DNA of 64,000 bases, taken from NCBI GenBank assembly GCA_046327925.1, contig JAXLXM010000001.1, positions 555,316-619,315 of the forward strand. The letters are read 5' to 3'. The notes below the pieces were generated by a model, which did no database searches, had not been told where the DNA came from, and was given only the letters and a program-made list of their open reading frames with translations. Made by a program: the position numbers and the translations under genes. Shown piece by piece: positions 28,629 through 38,606 of this stretch; positions within the stretch are counted from its first letter, which is position 1; every line of letters starts with the position of its first letter. The stretch is from Candidatus Binatia bacterium. GTDB taxonomy: Bacteria > Desulfobacterota > Binatia > HRBIN30.

Positions 28629-29822
28629 GTGAAGGACATGAGCATCCCGACCAGGGCCGGCGGCCGGCGTGCGCGGCGGTGCGAACGTCGAATCCGGCCC
28701 ACGCGCAGTGCGGCGATATGGACGCTGAGTGCCGTCATCTGTGGGTGCTCCGGCAGTGGGGGTGCGCCGCCGGAGGCGGTGCCGGTTGACGTCGCCCAGG
28801 TGGTGCAGCGGGATGTGCCGGTACAGGTACATGCGATCGGCACCGTGGAAGCGTACACCACCGTCTCAGTGCGGTCACAGGTCGATGGAATACTGGCTGA
28901 GATCAGATTCCACGAGGGGCAGGAGGTCGGCGAGGGCGATCTACTGTTCGTGATCGACCCACGCCCTTTCGAGGCCGATCTCCGCCAAGCCGAGGCGAAT
29001 CTGGCAAGAGACCGTGCCGAAGCGAGGAACGCCGACGTGCAGGCGGAGCGCTATGCGCACTTGTTGGCGCCGGGCTTCATCTCGAAGGATCAATACGATC
29101 AGGTCCGGACGCAGGCGCAATCGCTGCGGGCGGTGGTGAGCGCCGATCTGGCGGCGGTGGAAGGCGCGATGCTACGGCTGCAGTACTGTTACATTCGCTC
29201 GCCGACAGGCGGTCGCATCGGGAGATTCTTGGTGAATGTCGGCAACGTCGTCAAAGAACGGGAGACGGCCCTGGCGGTGATCAACCGTGTGCGGCCGATT
29301 TATGTGAGCTTCGCCGTACCGGAGCAGGAGCTTGCGGAGATCCGCAGCGGCGCCGCCCGAGGCCCGCTTCCGGTACAGGCACGCGCGGGCACTGACGACG
29401 GTGCGGCGGTCACCGGCGACCTCAGCTTCATCGACAACGCGGTGGATACCGCAACGGGCGCGGTCCTGCTCAAAGCCCTGTTTTCCAACGAGGACGAGGT
29501 GCTGTGGCCGGGACAGTTCGTCACGGTGACGCTGACGCTGCGGTCACAACCGAACGCTCTGCTGGTTCCGGCCATGGCGATCCAAGCAGGCCAGGAAGGC
29601 CCGTACGTGTTCGTGGTCGGCCACGACCGGACGGCCGAAGTGCGGCACGTGGTTCCAGGGCTATCCGTGAACGAACAGACCGTCATCAAGGAGGGGTTGG
29701 CGGCCGGGGAAACGGTGGTTACGCGGGGCCAAATCCGACTGGCGCCAGGTCGCAAGGTGGACGTGCGGAGCGGGCCGGAAAGCGACCGGCAGGAAGGCAT
29801 GGCAAGAGGACAGGGGTCATGA
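28629..29822 (+). CDS. RND efflux periplasmic adaptor (membrane fusion protein)
   Basis: Lipoprotein-like N-terminus (LSAVICGCSG). Coiled-coil hairpin region (FEADLRQAEANLARDRAEARNADVQAERY), then beta-barrel/MP domains. The stop overlaps the pump start (ATGA). The start could be the GTG at 28629 or the ATG at 28638. Confidence 0.85.
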   Translation: MKDMSIPTRAGGRRARRCERRIRPTRSAAIWTLSAVICGCSGSGGAPPEAVPVDVAQVVQRDVPVQVHAIGTVEAYTTVSVRSQVDGILAEIRFHEGQEVGEGDLLFVIDPRPFEADLRQAEANLARDRAEARNADVQAERYAHLLAPGFISKDQYDQVRTQAQSLRAVVSADLAAVEGAMLRLQYCYIRSPTGGRIGRFLVNVGNVVKERETALAVINRVRPIYVSFAVPEQELAEIRSGAARGPLPVQARAGTDDGAAVTGDLSFIDNAVDTATGAVLLKALFSNEDEVLWPGQFVTVTLTLRSQPNALLVPAMAIQAGQEGPYVFVVGHDRTAEVRHVVPGLSVNEQTVIKEGLAAGETVVTRGQIRLAPGRKVDVRSGPESDRQEGMARGQGS

Positions 29823-32800
29823 ATCTGTCCGCTCCTTTCATTCGGCGTCCGGTTGCGACTACGCTGATCATGCTGGCCATCTTCATTTTCGGCATGGTGG
29901 CGTACCGCGCGCTTCCCGTCAGCGACTTGCCCAACGTCGACTTGCCGACGCTGCTGGTGACCGCGAGCTTGCCGGGCGCCAATCCGGAGACGATGGCCTC
30001 CGCCGTCGCCACGCCGCTCGAGCGGCAGTTCTCCACCATTGCCGGCCTCACCTCGATAAACTCCATGAATACCCTGGGGGCAACTCAGATCACGCTGCAG
30101 TTCGAGTTGAATCGGAACATCGATGCGGCCGCTCAGGACGTGCAGGCGATGATTACGCAAGCGTCTCCATTGCTGCCGCCGGACATGCCGAATCCGCCCA
30201 CGTACCGCAAAGTCAACCCGGCGGATCAACCGATCATGTTTATCGCCCTCACCTCGGCCACACTGCCGCTGTACACGTTGAACGACTACGGCGAGACGCT
30301 GCTTGCCCAACGGATCTCCATGGTCAGCGGTGTGGCGCAGGTGGCGGTATACGGCGCGCAAAAGTACGCCGTGCGTGTGCAACTGGATCCGCGCGCCTTG
30401 GCAAGTCGCGGAATTGGGATCGACCAGATCGAGCAGGCCGTGCAGGCCGCGAATGTCAACCTTCCCACCGGCACGCTGTACGGAGCGCAGCGTGCCTTGA
30501 CCGTTCAGGCCAGCGGCCAGTTGTTACACGCCGCGGCATATCGGCCGGTGATCGTTGCCTATCGCAACGGATCCCCTGTGCGCCTCGACCAACTCGGGCA
30601 GGTGATCGACGGTGTGGAGAACGACAAGACGGCGGCCTGGTACGGCGACAACCAACAGTTGCAGCGTTCGATTGTGCTGGCCGTCCTCCGTCAACCGGGC
30701 ACGAACACGGTCGCCGTCGCCCACGATGTCGGCGCCCTGCTGCCGGCGTTCAAGCGCTGGCTGCCACCCGCGGTTGACCTGCGCCTGCTGTCCGACCGCT
30801 CGGAGTCGATTCGGGATTCGATCAACGAAGTCAAGTTCACCCTGCTCCTGGCACTGATTCTTGTGGTCATGGTGATCTTCCTGTTCCTGCGCAACGTCTC
30901 CGTCACCATGATTCCGAGTCTGGCGCTGCCACTGTCCATTATCGGCACCTTCGCCGCGATGTCGCAGCTCGGCTACAGCCTCGACAACCTCTCGATGATG
31001 GCCCTGGTGCTGTGTATCGGGTTCGTTGTCGATGACGCCATCGTCGTGCTCGAGAACATCGTCCGGCACATGGAAATGGGCGAGTCGCCGATGGCGGCGG
31101 CGTTGAACGGTTCGCGCGAGATCAGCTTTACGATCCTCTCGATGACGCTGTCGCTGGCGGCGGTGTTCATTCCGGTCCTCTTCCTGCCGGGGATTCTGGG
31201 TCGCCTGTTCCATGAGTTCGCCGTCGTCATTTGCGTGGCTATTCTCCTTTCCGGAGTGGTATCGTTGACCCTGACCCCGATGTTGTGCGGTCGTGTCTTG
31301 CGCCCGCCGGAAGAGGTGCGGCACGGCGCATTCTATCGGTCGACGGAGCGCGCCTTCGCCGCGATGCTGCACCTCTACGAGCGCAGCCTGCGCGCAGTGT
31401 TGCGCCACCGCGGCACGACCATGGCGGTGTCGTTGGCAATCCTGGTGCTGACAGCGTATCTATTTACAGTCGTTCCCAAGGGTTTCATCCCCGATGCGGA
31501 CGATGGCATGATCTTCGGCGTCACCGAGGCGGCGCAGGGCGTGTCGTTCGACGAAATGAGACGGTTGCAGCGTACGACTACCGAGATCGTGCGGCGCGAC
31601 CCGCGCGTGGCGACGCTCTTTTCCAGCGCACTCGGCTCGAGCGCCTCTGCCGGCAGCACGCCGAATCTGGGGCGGATGTTCATCCACCTCAAGCCACGCT
31701 CGGAACGCGGCCCTATCGGCAAGGTGGTACAAGACCTCCGGCGCGAGCTTGCCGGGATTGCCGGGTTGCGCGTGTTCCTACAGCAGATGCCGAACATCCG
31801 CTTCGGCGGCCAGCTGACGAAGAGCTTGTATCAATTCACGTTGCAGAGCCCCAACACGCAGGAACTTTACGAGTCCGCGCAACGGTTCGAAGCACGCATG
31901 CGGGAGGTGCCGGACGTGCAGGATGTCACCAGCGACCTGCAGATCGCCAATCCACAGATCAACGTCGTCATCGACCGAGACAAGGCATCGACCCTTGGCG
32001 TGACCGCCGAAAAGATCGAGAATGCCTTGTACGACGCTTATGGCGACCGCTGGATTTCGACGATCTACGCGCCCGATAATCAGTACAAGGTCATTCTGGA
32101 ACTGCAGGACGACTACCAGCGCGATCCGGGGGTGTTGTCGATGTTGTACGTCACGGCGGCAAGCGGGCAACTGGTCCGGCTGGATGCGGTGGCTCGGTTC
32201 AGCCAAGGCCTCGGTCCGATGACGATCAACCATGCCGGGCAGTTGCCGGCCGTGACCCTCTCGTTCAATTTACGGCCTGGTGCGGCCCTGGGCGACGCGG
32301 TCGACCGTATCAACGCCCTGGCCCGCCGCGAGCTTCCCGGCTCCATCATCACCGGCTTTCAAGGGACGGCGCAGGCATTCCAGTCGTCCCTCGCCGGCCT
32401 CTGGACTTTGCTGGTGCTGGCGATCGTGGTGATCTACATCGTGCTCGGTATCCTCTACGAAAGCTTCGTGCATCCGGTGACCATCTTGTCGGGACTGCCG
32501 TCGGCCGGATTCGGGGCCCTGCTCACCCTGCTGCTGCTGCGCTTGGAGCTGAACATTTACGCCTTTGTCGGGCTGATCATGCTGATCGGCATCGTCAAGA
32601 AAAACGCCATCATGCAAATCGACTTCGCCCTGCAGGCGCAGCGCACAGAGGGCAAAGACGCGCTGGACGCGATCTACGAAGGGTGCCTGATCCGCTTCCG
32701 TCCCATCATGATGACCACGATGGCCGCGTTGCTGGGGGCGCTGCCGATCGCCTTCGGTATGGGTGCCGGCGCCGAGGCTAGGCGCTCGCTCGGTGTCGTG

Positions 32801-32941
32801 GTCGTTGGCGGGCTGGTGTTTTCGCAGCTCATCACCCTGTATCTGACCCCGGTGTACTACCTGTACCTCGAAGCCTTGGTGGAGCGGCTGCGCCGGCGGC
32901 GCCATCGCCGACGTCTCGAACCGGGCGCGGTCCTCACTTGA
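29819..32941 (+). CDS. RND multidrug efflux permease (AcrB/MdtB/MdtC family)
   Basis: MNLSAPFIRRPVATTLIMLAI.IFG..AY..LPVS.LP.VD.PT is the canonical HAE1 N-terminus. Length is 1040 aa with 12 predicted TM segments. The ATG at 29819 overlaps the adaptor stop. Confidence 0.9.
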   Translation: MNLSAPFIRRPVATTLIMLAIFIFGMVAYRALPVSDLPNVDLPTLLVTASLPGANPETMASAVATPLERQFSTIAGLTSINSMNTLGATQITLQFELNRNIDAAAQDVQAMITQASPLLPPDMPNPPTYRKVNPADQPIMFIALTSATLPLYTLNDYGETLLAQRISMVSGVAQVAVYGAQKYAVRVQLDPRALASRGIGIDQIEQAVQAANVNLPTGTLYGAQRALTVQASGQLLHAAAYRPVIVAYRNGSPVRLDQLGQVIDGVENDKTAAWYGDNQQLQRSIVLAVLRQPGTNTVAVAHDVGALLPAFKRWLPPAVDLRLLSDRSESIRDSINEVKFTLLLALILVVMVIFLFLRNVSVTMIPSLALPLSIIGTFAAMSQLGYSLDNLSMMALVLCIGFVVDDAIVVLENIVRHMEMGESPMAAALNGSREISFTILSMTLSLAAVFIPVLFLPGILGRLFHEFAVVICVAILLSGVVSLTLTPMLCGRVLRPPEEVRHGAFYRSTERAFAAMLHLYERSLRAVLRHRGTTMAVSLAILVLTAYLFTVVPKGFIPDADDGMIFGVTEAAQGVSFDEMRRLQRTTTEIVRRDPRVATLFSSALGSSASAGSTPNLGRMFIHLKPRSERGPIGKVVQDLRRELAGIAGLRVFLQQMPNIRFGGQLTKSLYQFTLQSPNTQELYESAQRFEARMREVPDVQDVTSDLQIANPQINVVIDRDKASTLGVTAEKIENALYDAYGDRWISTIYAPDNQYKVILELQDDYQRDPGVLSMLYVTAASGQLVRLDAVARFSQGLGPMTINHAGQLPAVTLSFNLRPGAALGDAVDRINALARRELPGSIITGFQGTAQAFQSSLAGLWTLLVLAIVVIYIVLGILYESFVHPVTILSGLPSAGFGALLTLLLLRLELNIYAFVGLIMLIGIVKKNAIMQIDFALQAQRTEGKDALDAIYEGCLIRFRPIMMTTMAALLGALPIAFGMGAGAEARRSLGVVVVGGLVFSQLITLYLTPVYYLYLEALVERLRRRRHRRRLEPGAVLT

Positions 32942-33364
32942 CTGGGTTGACGTTGCGCAAGCGAAACGGGTCGAGATCACGCGTCCGCGGGGAACGTCGC
33001 GACTTCCCCGAGTTCACCCACGTTCCAGCACGGCCACCCGATACTGATGGGTCAGGCGCGCCCGACGGGAGATCGCCGGTTCAAAACCGGCCCGGCGCGC
33101 GCGAACGCCCACCGTGGCGCAACGGTTGCCAGGTCAGCCGCCGCTTGCGTGCCCGCGCGCGGGGCCGCAGAACCTTGAAGGGCGTGGGCGGGGCGCTCGA
33201 GGATCGCGGCGAGGTTGCGTCGACTGACGTTCATTTCACAGGCACGGACAGCAGGGCCGGGGACCGAGGTTGTCGGACACTCATGTTGCGGTCACCATGC
33301 GGCGCTTCGCTGATCCGCAGGTCGCATGCGGGGCGGTTCCACGATCCCATGCGACGCGTTCGCC

Positions 33365-34489
33365 TCAGACGGATGAGGCGGGCGTCGTGCGTTCCCTGAG
33401 CAGGATGCGTCGGATGGTCGTTTGCTGCTCGGGCACAATGCCGATCGAGGCGAGAAAGCCGCCGATTCCACCGTACCCCCGTTCAATCCAATCGATCAGC
33501 TTCTCTATTGTCTCGACCGGGCAGCCCAAAACCGGCATCCAGTCCGCGAGCGTCACACCTGGCGGAACACGCGGGCTGGTCTGGAGCAAGTTCTCCCAAC
33601 GCGCGATCAAAGCCTCGATGTCCGTAATCTCACCGGTGAGCACGTAGTCCTGTACGATCGTGGCTGTGGGGACCTTGAGCAGCATGAGGAGCAATGCCGC
33701 CAGCGTCCCGGCACGATCCTTCCCGGCGGTACAGTGTTCCAGCACCGGATAGTGCGCCGCGTCCGCGAACCGCTCGAAGGCGCGGCGGATGAATACGGTG
33801 TTTCTGCGAACCAAATCGATGTAGTTCTCGTGGCCGCCGAATACCCGTGGATCGACGGCAAGCCAGTCCGTAATGCCGTCCGTGTGCGGTGCATTCGCGA
33901 ACGGCAGGAAGTCATACTTGCTTTCGTTGCCGCGGTAGAGCCTGTCTGGCTGACTCGATACCTCCCACTCTTTGCGCAAATCGAGCACCCGGGCTAACCC
34001 TAGCGCGTTGACTCTGGCGAGATCGTCCTCGGTGAGGTCTGATAGATCGCCGGACCGGTAGACCATGCCCCACCTGACCTGCTCGCCGTCCGTGTTGACG
34101 TACCCACCGAGGTCTCTGAAGTTCGGCTGGCCGCTGAGGCGCACGATACGGTCGGTCTGCTCGACGCAGTTTGCTTCCGCATCCCCCTGCGCGTTCCGCG
34201 CACGCACGATAAAGTAGTGTCTCCTCGCGGCGTCCAGGTTCCGGACCTCCGCCACGGTGCGGTCGGCAACCGAGAGAACCGGGCGGCGGAAGTCGAAATG
34301 TTCGGCGCCCGCCCGTGCGCTCGCAAACACGTCATAGGTGACCGGAAGCGACGCCGCCGCACCGCTGGCAGCGGGCTCCCACCTTAGATGATAGATGCCG
34401 TCGCTCAACCTCACCGCGGCCACGCCGGCAAAACGAAGACCCGGTGCGTTGTGCACCGAGTCGGCCAACGAAGATCCATTCTCATCCAC
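33365..34489 (-). CDS. Protein-tyrosine phosphatase-like protein (Y_phosphatase3 type) with an N-terminal FN3-like domain
   Basis: CX5R active-site loop HCTAGKDRAG, and NFRDLGG upstream motif. The GTG at 34489, with GGAGAGG 8 nt upstream, is proposed as the start. The annotated longer ORF would overlap the preceding gene. The start is uncertain. Confidence 0.7.
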   Translation of the reverse strand: MDENGSSLADSVHNAPGLRFAGVAAVRLSDGIYHLRWEPAASGAAASLPVTYDVFASARAGAEHFDFRRPVLSVADRTVAEVRNLDAARRHYFIVRARNAQGDAEANCVEQTDRIVRLSGQPNFRDLGGYVNTDGEQVRWGMVYRSGDLSDLTEDDLARVNALGLARVLDLRKEWEVSSQPDRLYRGNESKYDFLPFANAPHTDGITDWLAVDPRVFGGHENYIDLVRRNTVFIRRAFERFADAAHYPVLEHCTAGKDRAGTLAALLLMLLKVPTATIVQDYVLTGEITDIEALIARWENLLQTSPRVPPGVTLADWMPVLGCPVETIEKLIDWIERGYGGIGGFLASIGIVPEQQTTIRRILLRERTTPASSV

Positions 34490-34560
34490 GAGCTCAGCCT
34501 CTCCCGTTCCGTTCGCCGCCGCGCACACCCTGCACGTGCTCCGGTTCGGCGTCCACCTCG

Positions 34561-34980
34561 CTAGGTGTTGAACCCCGGCGCCGGCGTGCTGCAGAGCACG
34601 TCGTTGGCGTGCATGGTGTCGAAGTACTCGTGGAACGCCTGGATCTTGCCGCCGCTGACGAAGAACAGCCAATGGAGACGATTGTTGTAGATTTTGCCGC
34701 TGACGTGGACACCGTACAATTCGGCTTCGACGGATACCCGGTCCTCTTCCGCCGTCATCGTGCGCACCGTGTAGGTCAGGCCGTGCGGGAATACACCGCG
34801 CACCCCCCGCACTTTGTCCGGGATCGCTTCGCGCGGCTGTGCGCCCGAAAAGGGCAGGCTACCCGCGATCCACGCGGTGAACGAATCGCTGTACAGGTCC
34901 ATGAGCGCGTCGACGTCCCCTCGACCGATGTACTCGAAGAACCTACGCACCACGGCCTTGTTCGACTCGATGTCCGACAT
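34561..34980 (-). CDS. SnoaL-like / NTF2-fold protein
   Basis: 139 aa from the ATG at 34980 (GGAGG upstream). The pattern NKAVVRRFFEYIGRGDVDALMDLYSDSF is typical of SnoaL-like polyketide-cyclase-fold proteins. Confidence 0.65.
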   Translation of the reverse strand: MSDIESNKAVVRRFFEYIGRGDVDALMDLYSDSFTAWIAGSLPFSGAQPREAIPDKVRGVRGVFPHGLTYTVRTMTAEEDRVSVEAELYGVHVSGKIYNNRLHWLFFVSGGKIQAFHEYFDTMHANDVLCSTPAPGFNT

Positions 34981-34997
34981 CGTATGCCTCCCCACCG

Positions 34998-35948
34998 TCA
35001 GTAGCCCTGAGTGCGGTCCACCTGCCCGTGCAACGGTTCGCGCGCGCGGTACCGCTGGAGATTGTCGATGAACGTGTCGAGCAGCAGATCGAACGCCGCC
35101 GGCATGCTCCACGAAATGTGCGGGCTCAGCCGGACGCGCGGATGCGCGTACAGCCAGTGTCCGGCAGGCAGCGGTTCCGGTTCGACGACGTCGAGCGAGG
35201 CCCGCGCCACGCGGCCGTCGTCGAGCGCGGCACGCAGTGCCTCCTGGTCGACCAGCGCCCCGCGCGCAACGTTGATCAGATGGAGGCCGGGTTTCACCTG
35301 TGCTAACGCCTCATGGCCAATGAGATGGTGGGTCTCGGCGGTCAGCGGCAGCGCCAGGACGAGGTGATCGGCCGACCCCAGCACTTCGACAAGGCTGCGC
35401 ACGCATTCGATACCAGCGAACGGGCTCGGCGTCCCGCTACGGCGCAGTGCCCGCACGCGCATGTCGAACGCCAGCGCCCGGCGTGCCACCGCCGTCCCGA
35501 TCCCCCCCAGCCCGACCACGCCGCAAGTCTTCCCGTAGAGGCCTCCCAGCTGCGCCTCGTGCCAGCGTTCCGGTGGCTGCGTTACCCAGGCCTCCGGCAA
35601 CCGTTTTTCGAACGCCAACATCATTGCCAGCACCCATTCGGCAATGGGGATCCCGCTCGCGCCGCGCGAGCAGGTCACGAGGCGGTCGCCGACAACGGCG
35701 AACGGGAAGCGATCCAGTCCGGTCCCGACGGTGTGAATCCAGCGAACGCCACGGTCGAGGACGGCACGCAGATTCCCGCTATCCCACGGCGGCGTGAGCA
35801 GCACCTCGCCGTACACGGCGGGCGGAAGATCGGGGGTATCGGGGACTTCGATCAGCTCCACCCCCGGCACCGCATCCACCACCCGTGCCAGCATGCTGAT
35901 CGGAAAGCTCGCCGCCAGTACCCGTGTCGTCTGCGCCATCGTGTTCAC
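34998..35948 (-). CDS. D-isomer-specific 2-hydroxyacid dehydrogenase family protein
   Basis: NAD-binding GVVGLGGIGTAVARRA. The catalytic region has N.ARG.LVD..AL and a C-terminal His (SPHISW). Length is 316 aa. Confidence 0.8.
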   Translation of the reverse strand: MNTMAQTTRVLAASFPISMLARVVDAVPGVELIEVPDTPDLPPAVYGEVLLTPPWDSGNLRAVLDRGVRWIHTVGTGLDRFPFAVVGDRLVTCSRGASGIPIAEWVLAMMLAFEKRLPEAWVTQPPERWHEAQLGGLYGKTCGVVGLGGIGTAVARRALAFDMRVRALRRSGTPSPFAGIECVRSLVEVLGSADHLVLALPLTAETHHLIGHEALAQVKPGLHLINVARGALVDQEALRAALDDGRVARASLDVVEPEPLPAGHWLYAHPRVRLSPHISWSMPAAFDLLLDTFIDNLQRYRAREPLHGQVDRTQGY

Positions 35949-36048
35949 CTATTCGCGGAAACCGGCCATTGGCCGGCGCTTCCGGATCATTCTCCGATGC
36001 TCTCGGTCCATGCGATCGTCGGACGGGCCGGCTGCGTGCGCACGGCGA

Positions 36049-37485
36049 TTACCTGATCCGCTGGAAGTTTGCATGCTCCAGTTCGCGCATGACCGGCTTG
36101 AGGAGCGCCTCCTGACGCAGCATGCGGCGATGGAAGTAGCGCACGAACTCGGCGCTGCGCTCGGGAGCGGCCGTCAGCACCAAGGCCTCGAGCGCCGCGT
36201 CACCGTCGATCCAGTTGGCCGGCCGCCGGCCGAGGATTACACCCATCTCGTCCAGGTCTTGCTCCTCGAAGGCCGGGCCCAGCAGATCCGCGCGGCGAAT
36301 GTACTCGGCGATACGCCCGGCCGCGTCGATGCGATAGCGGTCGGATACGGTCGAGCGCGGGTCGTCATCGAGCAGCGAGACTAGGGCGCGATAGCCGGGC
36401 GAATGCCTGGTCTGGCGCTCCTCCGGCATATCGATCGGGGTCAGCTCGACGCCCAGGCGCCAGGCCAGCACTTCCAGCGGCAGCCGTGCGTAGACGAGGT
36501 ACCAGGCGAGATACTGCACCAGGTTGGTTCCCGGGGGCGGATCGGCGACCACGGCCTGTACCGACATGGGCGTGCAGATTCCCAGGCGCACCGTATGAAA
36601 GTCGACGGCCTCCAGGTCGACCTCCTCCCCGACGATCTCGCCGTAGCGGCGGATCGCCCGCGCCAGGTCGCCGAGCGGCTCGCTCGTGTCGCGACAGCGC
36701 AGACCCGCGAGGTCGGCGGCCGGATCCCCCAGGCACGCCAACTCGAGATCGTGCAGCACCGTCACGCGGTCATTTCGGTACAGGAATTGTCCGCAATCTC
36801 CCGTGAGCAGGCTCACCCGGTTTCGCCCCTGTGGGATATTCCCGCGCACCCAACGGATGACGAACTCGATCAGCGGCTCCGGCCGGCGCTTCTTGCCGCG
36901 GTAGACACGCTCCCAGGCATCGAAATCGACAAGTGCTAGTTCCTGGGCCTGTCGTGGCCGCGACAGACCGATCGCTTCGAGCGCCGCGGGATCGATGCGG
37001 TGCATACGCGCGAGAATGTCGATGTAGTCGTCAAACACCGCCTGCCGCGTCCCCGCCTCCTCCGACACCAGCTGCGCCACCGGCCGCCCAGGCGCGCGCG
37101 CCATCACGATACCGCGCGGGTCTGGGCAGAAGCCGTAGATGTGCGGCACGGGAATCCCGTGGGCTTCGAGCACCTGCAAGACGCGCATCTCGTGTTCCAG
37201 CGGATAGACGCCATGGTCGGAGGCTCCACGATCGCCGCGGAAGTAGAGCGGGATCGACTGTCCGTCACGCTCCAAGTCGAGGAACGCGGCGGGTCGCCAC
37301 CGTGGTTGGCGCTCGAAGCGGACGGCCTTGCCGTCGAGCTCCCGTTCGATCCACGCGAGCGCCCGTCGCCACTCGTCCGACAGCCCGGCCTCCGCCTGCG
37401 CTTCCTCGTGCACGCGATTGGGTCGCTGTGCATTCGCCTCAGGTGCATCTGCCCGCATCTCCTGCTCCTCTTCGCCGCCCGCCAC
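36049..37485 (-). CDS. Phosphotransferase (APH / choline-kinase-like) family protein
   Basis: Kinase-like N-lobe. Catalytic-loop/DxD region LLTGDCGQFLY...VLHDLELACLGDPAADLA resembles the APH-family Brenner and DFG-like motifs. Length is 478 aa and the start is not resolved (M1 or M10). Confidence 0.65.
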   Translation of the reverse strand: MAGGEEEQEMRADAPEANAQRPNRVHEEAQAEAGLSDEWRRALAWIERELDGKAVRFERQPRWRPAAFLDLERDGQSIPLYFRGDRGASDHGVYPLEHEMRVLQVLEAHGIPVPHIYGFCPDPRGIVMARAPGRPVAQLVSEEAGTRQAVFDDYIDILARMHRIDPAALEAIGLSRPRQAQELALVDFDAWERVYRGKKRRPEPLIEFVIRWVRGNIPQGRNRVSLLTGDCGQFLYRNDRVTVLHDLELACLGDPAADLAGLRCRDTSEPLGDLARAIRRYGEIVGEEVDLEAVDFHTVRLGICTPMSVQAVVADPPPGTNLVQYLAWYLVYARLPLEVLAWRLGVELTPIDMPEERQTRHSPGYRALVSLLDDDPRSTVSDRYRIDAAGRIAEYIRRADLLGPAFEEQDLDEMGVILGRRPANWIDGDAALEALVLTAAPERSAEFVRYFHRRMLRQEALLKPVMRELEHANFQRIR

Positions 37486-37673
37486 GGCCGGAACCGGCGG
37501 CGGGGACCCCGATCGTGACAGGTTGTCTCTCTCGCCAATATCAGATGCGCCACACGCGACGCCAGAGCCTTGAGCCCACCTTGACTTTGACGCCCGTGAT
37601 CGGCTTTGAACTCTCCACCACCGGGAAACTCCCGTCGCTGCGCGGAAACGGCGCCCGCGGGTTGGAGGTCAAT

Positions 37674-38441
37674 GTGACATTGAAGGACAAGCGCATTCTC
37701 GTGGTCGGGGCGTCGTCCGGGATCGGGCGTGCCGTGGCCGTGCAGTCAGCGGAAGCGGGCGCCCGTGTGGTCTTGGCTGCTCGCCGGCTCGATCGGCTCC
37801 AGGAAAGCGTACGCGCGGCGGGCCCACACACGCACGCCCTCGCGTGCGATGTGCGCGACGCCGCGAGCTGTGAAGCGGCGGTCGGAGGCGCCGTGCGACT
37901 CCTGGGCGGGCTTGACCTTCTGGTGTACGCCACGGCCATCGATCCGCTGGTCCGGCTCATCGAGGCCGACGCGAGCCTGTGGCAAGCGGTGCTATCGACC
38001 AACGTCATCGGCGCTAGTCTGGTCTGTCGTGCCGCGATTCCCCACCTGCGGGCGGCACGCGGGCGCGCGGTGTTCATCTCGGCTTCCTCCGTCGGACGGC
38101 CGCTTCCGGGAATGGGCCCCTATGAGACAAGTAAGGCGGCGCTCGACGAACTGGTGCGCGCCTGGCACGGCGAACACCCCGAGGTCGGCTTCTCGAATGT
38201 GGCGGTGGGCCAGACCCTGGGGACGGAGGTCTGGACCTCGTGGGACCCGGAATTGATGATGGAACTTACCGCCCTGTGGGCCGATCGTGGCTACAGCTTC
38301 GACAACGGGCCCGGCGCCATGTCGGTGGAGGACGCGGCCGCTGCCGTGATCGCCGTGATGGCCGCGCGCGCGGATCTGCGCTACGTGGTGGCGCTGCCGC
38401 CCGCCGGCAGCACCATGCCGGGGCTGGAGGGAGTGGGATAG
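37674..38441 (+). CDS. SDR-family oxidoreductase
   Basis: GTG at 37674 with GGAGG 5 nt upstream. Motifs are VVGASSGIGRAVA (TGxxxGxG-type) and YETSKAAL (YxxxK). Confidence 0.8.
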   Translation: MTLKDKRILVVGASSGIGRAVAVQSAEAGARVVLAARRLDRLQESVRAAGPHTHALACDVRDAASCEAAVGGAVRLLGGLDLLVYATAIDPLVRLIEADASLWQAVLSTNVIGASLVCRAAIPHLRAARGRAVFISASSVGRPLPGMGPYETSKAALDELVRAWHGEHPEVGFSNVAVGQTLGTEVWTSWDPELMMELTALWADRGYSFDNGPGAMSVEDAAAAVIAVMAARADLRYVVALPPAGSTMPGLEGVG

Positions 38442-38606
38442 GGGAGGAGGGCCGCAACCCGCTGCACGTTGGATTATTCACTTGGGCCGCGGGTAAGACC
38501 CGGGCCGAGCGGAAACGACGATACCGAAAACCTGCCGTGCGGGAGTCTCTCCAGGCGATGGACGCACTGAACAGCGGGCGTTCGCGATTCCCGCCCGCCG
38601 GCGAAC

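Noticed and set aside
33040-33110. tRNA-like T-arm hairpin GCCGG-TTCAAAA-CCGGC in the convergent gap between the RND pump and the phosphatase gene
   Set aside because: I could not build an acceptor stem, D-arm or anticodon arm around it. It is more likely a simple hairpin between convergent genes, possibly a terminator element without a U-tract, or at most a degraded tRNA 3' fragment. That is not enough to call a tRNA or an att site.
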